Below are positions 62,313 through 64,000 of a DNA stretch of 64,000 nt, in pieces. Numbering within the stretch: the stretch's first letter is position 1; each line of letters opens with the position of its first letter. The stretch is from positions 17,075,009 through 17,139,008 of the forward strand of contig NC_057750.1 in NCBI RefSeq assembly GCF_004010195.1, read 5' to 3'. Made by a program: the position numbers and the translations under genes. Source of the stretch: Chiloscyllium plagiosum. Its lineage: Eukaryota. The notes under the pieces were generated by a model. That model had not been told where the DNA came from. It was given only the letters and a program-made list of their open reading frames with translations, and searched no databases.

Positions 62313-63989
62313 GTATGGCTTGGTTAAGGAGAGAATCCATTAGTCCTGCAATTATTAGCTTGCACTTCCAGCAAGTAACAGTGCAAATATTTTTCATGTA
62401 AAGGGTATAAAAAACATCTTAACTAGTGGGGAACACTGCCCTAGAGACAGTTTTACATTGTTGTGTAAATAATGTGTATATTTGATTTGACTGATATCTG
62501 GGGCTTCATGTCACTACTTCTTATGCTGTGTACATGCTGAAAAGGGTTATGTGCTAGATAAAGCGAATGATTCATTTGTTGAAGATTCTATTGACTATTC
62601 CACATTGATTTCCATGAATGATCATGCAGTGTGACAAAACCATTAGTACACTTTCACCTTTCTAATCAACTTCCACTTCTACAATAGTTAAACAACACTG
62701 GAATCAGTCAGCAGCTGAATGGAAAAAAAAGATAGGTTTCAGGTGTGTTCCTGCTGTGCATTTGAAACATATTTGAGACTTCAAAGTCTGCAGCATTGTG
62801 ATTATCTCAGTGCATTTACAGAAGAGGAACTTAAAAGGATTTACAGTGATATATTACCTTTTAAATTATATCTTATTCTTCTCAATTTGAAAGCAGGATA
62901 TTTATATTTGCATCCATACATCTGCACTAACATCTTCTAAATGTTTCTGCTTAATTGAAGAAAATACAAAAAGCTCTCAAATCTCTGTGCATTAAATGTA
63001 AGAGATGGTGGATACCATGGTGGATAAGAGATGTGTCCATGGGATGTATACGTACTGAGTTCATGCTGTCCATATTATTGGATATTAATATTAAGATGTG
63101 AATTTACTTGGCACATTTTAACTTACTCACTAGCAATCCTCAATAACAGAACACTAAGCAATATCTTTAAGAGATGCTGGCACCACATTCCCACCGTTTG
63201 TTTGAGATGACTCTGGTACATAATACAATATACGCGAGGACCATTGTTCATTTTATAAGAAAATGCAAAGTCAACTCACAGCACCAAAAGATCGATAGTG
63301 CAATGGCACAACAGTAGGACATCATTATCAGCCCTGCAGAAGTCGGTATACCATAAATTATTCTAGATCTAAATGTCAGATTGTCAGCTGTGCTTCGATC
63401 AAGCTGGTTTTGGTTACTCCATGTTGTATAACTCTCTAACAATGACTTCAGGAACTTTTTGTGCAAAAAACAACTTCGTGACCATACAACATTTACAATT
63501 TACAAAAAATATTTAAAGAGTTTTGGATAGCAAACATTAGGTCTAGATGAGAAACAGAAAGTGTTGGAGAAACTCAGCAGGTCTGGCAGTATTGGTAGAG
63601 AGAAAAAGAGAGTTAACATTTCGGGTCCAGTGACCCTTCATCAGAACTGTGATTTGTCAATCATCTGAACGTTACTAACAGCAATTCTGTACGCAGATTT
63701 GTTAGCAGAATTTGGAATATATTTGTTATTATCACCTTCTGAAAGCAGAAAAATCCACTTCTTTCTGGTTATAGTTTTTAACTAAATGATATAGAAGTAG
63801 GTTTATCTCTTCGGTGACAATGCATAGAGCTCTTTGGACCGGTATCACATATTTAAACACAAGTAACCACTTGCAATTTTCTTTCCATGCCTCTTAAGGG
63901 ACAGACAGTCATGGGAAATGCAAATTTTCCAATATGTGCTCACAGGTGTCAGTGCTTCTCCATGTAGCAGCATACATGTCCCTTTTAAA

Positions 63990-64000
63990 ACTTACCTCTC
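63990..64000 (-). other. Candidate splice donor of an upstream (5'UTR) exon of the RNase T2-like gene; the exon would continue beyond the window
   Basis: The minus strand reads GAGAG|GTAAGT (intron from 63995). The first coding exon begins with an acceptor, so an upstream exon is expected. Confidence 0.4.

Noticed and set aside
63248..63466. 72-aa minus ORF with a hydrophobic stretch
   Set aside because: No recognisable homology or flanking splice signals; length is compatible with chance.

Overview
Repeat-rich vertebrate genomic DNA, most likely from a cartilaginous fish. That assignment is an inference from HE1/V-SINE-type SINEs, CR1 LINEs and Penelope-like elements. The window holds one intact nine-coding-exon gene on the minus strand (61046->11475) that the ORF track misses. 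It encodes a 241-aa secreted ribonuclease T2 family protein, probably the rnaset2-like paralog, with CAS I WTIHGLWP and a variant CAS II FWQREWTKHGTC. All eight introns are GT-AG and the reading phases join correctly. The remainder is fossil or recent transposons: CR1, L2/CR1-like, RTE, Rex/Babar, Tx1-like, Gypsy, Copia-like, Harbinger, a Tc1/pogo MITE, Penelope-like elements with minimal hammerhead motifs, and SINEs. There is also a 500-N gap. The most unusual signal is in two related Gypsy-type LTRs, which have each been hit repeatedly at the same TATA-adjacent site by poly(A)-tailed insertions separated by target-site copies. This suggests a sequence-specific (Tx1-like) retrotransposon that targets an LTR promoter and also retroposes other RNAs there. 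All calls were made by eye, without database searches.
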